In this document: positions 58,574 through 64,000 of the stretch, piece after piece | How positions within the stretch are numbered: position 1 is the stretch's first letter | How the letters are laid out: the number at the start of each line of letters is the position of its first letter | Notes under the pieces: model-generated | What the model was told of the DNA's origin: nothing | The model's input: the letters and a program-made list of their open reading frames with translations, nothing else | Databases searched by the model: none | Made by a program: the position numbers and the translations under genes | Assembly (NCBI GenBank): GCA_051294375.1 | Contig: CM119263.1 | Coordinates: 13,085,923-13,149,922, forward strand | Direction of reading: 5' to 3' | Origin: Paraspadella gotoi | Lineage: Eukaryota > Animalia > Chaetognatha | DNA length: 64,000 nucleotides

Positions 58574-58781
58574 TTGTACATATTAGACAAATATTGTGTA
58601 TTTTAAAGATTTTTGATATTTTTTTTTTTTTTTTTTGGATTCCGTATTTTGAGAATATTGAATTTTGAATGTTTTGGAGTCAGTCATTAGTCTATATACG
58701 ATTCGATATATATTCGTATATATTATTTTTATTTTTTTTATTGATATATATAAATACCCTACATATCTCAACAGGGGGGCA

Positions 58782-59121
58782 TGTAGATCGAATCAAATAT
58801 TATTTAAAGCCTTAACAAGATCCAAGACTTTTGTTTTCTTCTCCAAAGTAATGATTCACCAAGAGATGTCTCAACGGACTTTACTTTTGTTAATGATTGT
58901 TTTCTTTAACTGATTGTTATCTGAATTACTTCAGACTGGTTTTACCTCTCAAAGAATAAATATGATCAACTTTTATTCTTTCTCTCTTAATGTAAATAAG
59001 TACATTTGATAGAAGAGAAAACTCAGATCACTTAACTGAAACAATTGGATACAACATTGTGCTTTCCCTGCGATATACCATACTCATGGAAGGACTTCGA
59101 TACTGTGCAATCTTAGCCACA
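58782..59121 (+). repeat. Gypsy 3' LTR (340 bp)
   Basis: TGTAGATCGAATC...TTAGCCACA; matches 52434-52442 plus 53187-53519. Confidence 0.93.
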
Positions 59122-59604
59122 TTAACAAAATTATTACAAATTAGAACAATTGCACTAATGACTCTTACTCTTAACATCAGCAGCAGCCTATTAACTGCTT
59201 GCGCCACTCCTGCTTTTTAAATTTGGTTATTCTCAAGTTGAGGCGACTTACCACCGGTCTTTCTCTCTAAACCCTTTCTCTCTCCTCTTTCTCCGAGCCG
59301 GTCTATCCACACGGTCACTTTGCCCTATCTTTGGCAATGACCTTAGATTGACCGGACAAAGTAATAGTGCCGAGGCGACCGTAAGGTCAAGTTGGTCCGG
59401 GCGATGATAAAAGTGGATCAGGAGAGAGCTAGTCTCACTTCTTTTGTACTTCTCTTACATCGTCACAAAGTGTTCCTTATATTTTTGAATTCTTTTTACA
59501 TTATGACCATCATATGCAAACCAGCATATAATATAGGAAAAATTGTTTATTTTAAATCGCTATATCCCCTGAAATAGTATAATTTTTCCCCTTTTTTTCA
59601 ATTT

Positions 59605-60272
59605 TTTTTCAGAACATCGAATTATGATAAATTATGCAAAAAAAAAAACGATGTCCGTCCGTCTGTCTGTCCGTCCGTCCGTCCGTCCCACCTTACCAAA
59701 AAACTCTAATTACTCGTGATTGGATGGATGGATTGGAATGAAATGTTGTGTGTGGGTAGGGAAGTATGTGGTTGAGCTGGATATGAAGTTTCGATGGAAT
59801 CGTCCGAGTGGATATGAGTTTAAATGGAAAAAACAAAATATATATTTCACTATTTGAACACCAATTACTCATGAGTGGATGGGGCCATTGACTTGAAATT
59901 TTGTATTTGGGTAGAAAAGTGGAAATCAAGTTTCGATGGAATCGTTTCAGTGGAAATGAGTTTAAATGGAAAAAACAAAGAACCTGTTTCACTAATTATG
60001 CTTTTTTTCTTTTTATTTTAAATGTAAATGCAAGATGTATTAATTAATCAAATAATTAATCAGTTAATTAATCAATTAGTCAATTATTTAATCAATAATT
60101 AATTAATCAGTCAATCAATCAAAAACATTTCGGATCAAATTAATTACTTGCCTAATTAATTAAATAATCAACTTGAATTAATTAATTACATAATTAACTT
60201 GAATTAATTATTAATTAATTAATTAACGATAATGATCGTGGGCACATCTGACATTGTTTGCTCAAACTTGTT
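59605..60272 (+). mobile_element. 5'-truncated DINE-1/HINE-like copy
   Basis: (GTCC)n at 59654-59690; ends cgtgggcacatctgacattgtttgctcaaacttgtt. Confidence 0.65.
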
Positions 60273-60364
60273 TATTTAACTTTTCCTTCCTACTAGGAAG
60301 ATTTGGCTCTTACTTTCTCTACTATAATCATTTTTCCTTGACTTTCTATATAAATTTTATCTTC

Positions 60365-61430
60365 TGTCTGCACCCACTAGATCTTCACAAAATAGCAATT
60401 CTTTTTTTAAATTTTTATTATCTTAAATCTTTTAAAAATGTTTTGTTGATATTTTTTAACTAGTATTTTTCTTATATTCTATTGTATTTTATTCTTTTTC
60501 TTATTCTTTATCTTGATCAAAGCATTTTAATCATATATAAAACATCAAAACAAAAATAATATTATTTTGATTTATAAATTTTTTTTGCAAATACCAAAAC
60601 AATATTAGTGCCGCAGTAACAGTTCAGTTTAAGCCCTTGAAAATGATTTACATGTATTGGCGCAGCCATTAGTTTTTTCCGGTTACTTAACTTTTCTTTC
60701 TTACGAGGAGGATTTCTATTTTTTTTCATTACTATGCGCATTTCCTTTTACTTTCATAAAAATTTGCTCTTCTGTCTGCACCCACTAGATCTTCACTTGC
60801 ATCTGTTTATACAAAATAACAAATTTTTGCTTGTATGAGTTTTTATAAACCAGATGGTTCTATAAACAAAAGAGCATTTAAAAAAAAAATAGCAAACAAT
60901 TTTAATTTAAGTACATCCACCAGAGCTTTTAATCTTTTTTTTTAAACGACCTTATTAAATATTTTTAAATTTTGACCCTTTTCTAACAGAAGGCTTTAAA
61001 AAAAAATTTTTTATAAGACAATGGAACATTTAAAATAAACTTTATCTGCATCCACTAGATCTTCATTTGCACCTGCTCTTTAACAAAATAGCAATTCTTT
61101 TTTTGAATTTTTATTATCTTAAATCTTTTAAAAAATTTTGTATCACATATTTTTTTAATTTTATTTTATTTTAAAATTAATTCAATTACTCTATAAATGT
61201 TTTTTATAATATTACCAAAATAATAAATAGTAAATACTTTTAATAAAATTTTAATCTTAAATAATACAAATTAAAAAAATTATGCAAGTTAAAAATGTAG
61301 TAAACAAAAATAATATTATTTTGATTAGTAAAATATTTTTGCAAGTACCAAAATATTATTAGTGCCACAGTAACAGTTCAATTTAAGCCCTTGTAAACGA
61401 TTTACATGTATTGGCGCAGCCACTGTTTTT
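60365..61430 (+). repeat. Diverged local direct duplication (~0.75 kb spacing)
   Basis: gcacccactagatcttca occurs three times; gtgcc(g/a)cagtaacagttca..taagcccttg..tacatgtattggcgcagcca at ~60609 and ~61362. Confidence 0.65.
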
Positions 61431-61747
61431 TTTCAGTCGCTCCTCTTCCGAATTGTTCAAAACAAAATGAGCTCTGCTGCGGCTGAAAGTTGCGCGTTTT
61501 TCTCTTTCTTTCTCGCTCATTTCATTCAATTCATTTCATTCAATTCATTTGATTCATTTGATTCAATTATTTTCATTCAATTCATTTCATTCATTTAAAT
61601 CAATTCATTCATTTTATTCTATTTTTAGGCTTACCCTCATTGTGTTAGATGTTCTTTGAGCTCAATAAAACTTTGGAAATTTAGCACACCCTATGGTTGT
61701 AGTTGTTATAATAATTGTTGTTGTAGCTTGCATTTATATTTAATATA

Positions 61748-62365
61748 AACGAGTTTGAGCAAACAATGCCGGATCTGCCCACAATCATTAGCGGTAAGCA
61801 GCTGATCAGATAATTAATTAATTAATAAATTAAATAAATAATTAATTAATATTAATTTTTTTATTCATGTTAAAATCGTTTTCCACTTTGTCTCCCCTCT
61901 CAATCACAAAACAACAATCTCGATCACAAAAAAAATAAAATAATTAATTACAAATAATTAATTACTTATTTATTAAAAATTAATCAATACAGCTTGAATT
62001 TACATTTAATATGAAATAAGCATAATCAAATAGTGAAATAGATTTTTTGTTTTTTCCATTTTAACTCATTTCCACTCAGACGATTCCATCTAAACTTCAA
62101 ATCCAGCTCAATCACACACTTTCCTACCCACACACAAAATTTCATTCTTATCTATCCTTCCAATCCCGAGTAATTGGTGTTTTTTGCTAAGGTGATACAG
62201 ACAGACGGATGGACGGACATCATTTCTTTGCATAATTTATCCTCATTCGATGTTCTGACATGATCTAAGTGAATGTATGCTTGACAAGATTGTGAGGGTT
62301 GACCGACGGACCGACAAAGTGAATTCAAGAGCCGGAATCTGCTGTAAGCAGATCTGACTAAAAAA
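61748..62365 (-). mobile_element. DINE-1/HINE-like element copy; another partial copy follows at ~62385-63380
   Basis: aacgagtttgagcaaacaatgccggatctgccc ... gacggatggacggac ... gagccggaatctgctgtaagcagatctgactaaaaa. Confidence 0.72.
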
Positions 62366-62570
62366 GGAAAATGAAATATTAAGATTTGTTTTTTGTTTTT
62401 TTTCCATTTAAATTTATTTTCACTTGAACGATTCCGTCAAAATTTGATTTTCAGCTCAATCATGAACTTTTTTACCCACACACAAAATTTAAAGTCAATC
62501 ACCCGATTGAGTAATTGGATTTTAAAGCTAAGAGGGGGACGGACATCGTTTTTTTTTAATTAATTTTTTA

Positions 62571-63273
62571 GCATTGTGTTAATCCTTTCGGCTTCGTTGA
62601 GTATAGGATTTAACAAAGTTTGGAAATATTTTCGTCAACGATTTTATTTATTATACGGACATGTTTCGACTCTTCATTTCGAGTCTTCATCAGCGGTAAT
62701 GATGCATTAACAAATTTGTGTAAAAAGAGAGGAGAGAGAGAGAGAGAGTGAGAGAAAGAGAGAGAGAGAGAGAGGGCTAAAAGTTTCCAACACAGAGATA
62801 GTGGTTAAAGAATGAGTACAGTTTGAGTTCAGGACAGATCAGTTGTGAAAGAGAGAGAGAGAGAGACAGAAGGAGAAAGGGAGAGAGAGAGAGAGAGAAA
62901 TAGGGAGAGACAAAATAATACATTATGTAATGTACAACAAGGAATAAGTTTAAACTAATGGTGAGTTTAACAATTATTCTAGTAATAAATAGATAGTAAT
63001 GAAAGGAAAGAAAGTTTTTAAATGTGAAATGATACATTTTGTGAGGGATAGATAAGTGACTGTTATAGTGAAAAATTAAGAATTAAGATAGAGCTCAAAA
63101 TGAGCTGGCCCCCCTTGGTTTATGCAAATGAAAGGCCTTAACGATGAAGACGGGTCATTGACGTGTCATTGGTTGAGATGACAATTCTGTTGAGTTTATT
63201 GCCGTTGCATTAGGTAGGCTTCCTTGCGTATAATAAATAAAATCGTTGACGAAAATATTTCCAAACTTTGTTA
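62571..63273 (-). mobile_element. Penelope-like pLTR fragment with hammerhead and 5' inversion
   Basis: 13-bp TSD AATTAATTTTTTA (62558-62570, 63274-63286); perfect 50-bp inverted repeat 62608-62657/63227-63276; shares GAGCTGGCCCCC..TTATGCAAATGA block and (TC)n body with 13120-13710 and 35958-36395. Confidence 0.8.
62652..62700 (-). ncRNA. Minimal type I hammerhead ribozyme (Penelope-like element type)
   Basis: Minus strand: attaccg CTGATGA A GACTC gaaatgaa GAGTC GAAAC AT GTC | cgtataa. Intact core, 5-bp stem II, palindromic ACATGT helix III, GUC cleavage triplet. Confidence 0.85.
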
Positions 63274-64000
63274 AATTAATTTTTTATAATTTGATAACCT
63301 AAAATGATTTAAGCGATTGACCGACTAAACTACAGGGGTAACTGACAGACCAACAAAGTAGATATGTCGCTCCGCGCTTAGAAAAAAGTCCTAAAGAACG
63401 AAGCGGTTTCTGATAATTTTAGTTCCTAGCAATTTTTGCACCAGTAGCGCAGTATATATCGCAAAACCATGGATGATTTCTGAAACTGCAATGTTTGGGT
63501 TATCCAACGCAGCCGGAACAAAGAAAATCCATAAGGGTTTTGACTAAAAAATACTGAAAATAAACACGGTGTTTATTCTGATTTCTTTTTGAATTTTTTT
63601 TATTTTGCGGTATTTACTGTATGCAATGTTTCCGATTTTGTTGGGTATAGCCTATCTTTCAAGCACATAACGAAAAAAATCAATTGACGTCATATTAAAA
63701 AATTATAGCAATTAATTCTTTTTTTTTCCCAAATTTATCATCAATTTTGTTTCTTACTGTTTTTGCCAAACATGCCCTTTATACTTATAAAAATAAAGAT
63801 TAACTAATAAAACTACAATGTCTTAGGTAGGGATTAGCAGTATTCGACGAAATTTTTATTTCTCAATCGGCCGAAAAATAATAGGGAATTTGATACCAAA
63901 AAACAAGGCTTTTTGAAATATTTACAGTATGGAAAATACTGAAAAGAAAATTTTATTTTTTGAATATAGGTAGCGTAAGCGTAACTCTAACTAAAAACCG

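Larger units (their letters stand above)
52434..59121 (+). mobile_element. Full-length Ty3/Gypsy LTR retrotransposon, recent insertion
   Basis: TG...CA LTRs (5' LTR 52434-52442 plus 53187-53519, split by a nested insertion; 3' LTR 58782-59121) with only a few differences. TTAA TSD (52430-52433, 59122-59125); TGG-start PBS at ~53522; PPT ACAGGGGGG before the 3' LTR; domain order gag-PR-RT-RH-IN. Confidence 0.95.

Noticed and set aside
61629-61745. Possible next ABCA exon (AYPHCVRCSLSSIKLWKFSTPY...)
   Set aside because: Acceptor and phase fit, but there is no ABCA motif and only a weak donor.

Overview
AT-rich animal (invertebrate) genomic DNA with many (GA/TC)n microsatellites; the species cannot be named from the sequence. 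Host genes reconstructed by hand through GT-AG splice phases: a 6-exon single-pass membrane protein with three PPxY motifs and a PDZ-binding tail (5606-9001); a small 2-exon orphan gene (10601-11433); a very long FoxN2/3 forkhead gene (11854-16526); a tentative small minus-strand gene (17585-22169); an intronless multi-zinc-finger double-RING protein (33251-34789); and the 5' part of an ABCA transporter (35726 to at least 51707). A ~4.2 kb near-identical duplication flanks a 25-N gap and is probably an assembly artefact. The ABCA introns and the sequence downstream hold nested mobile elements: DINE-1/Helentron-like non-autonomous elements, a young Ty3/Gypsy element with a -1 frameshift heptamer and pseudoknot, a TRIM with structured, possibly 5S-like LTRs inserted in the Gypsy 5' LTR, a 1.9 kb non-autonomous LTR element, and SINEs. 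Three minimal hammerhead ribozymes sit in Penelope-like pLTR fragments. In one, a 50-bp inversion starts exactly at the predicted cleavage site, and two are inserted at the equivalent site of the Helentron-like element.
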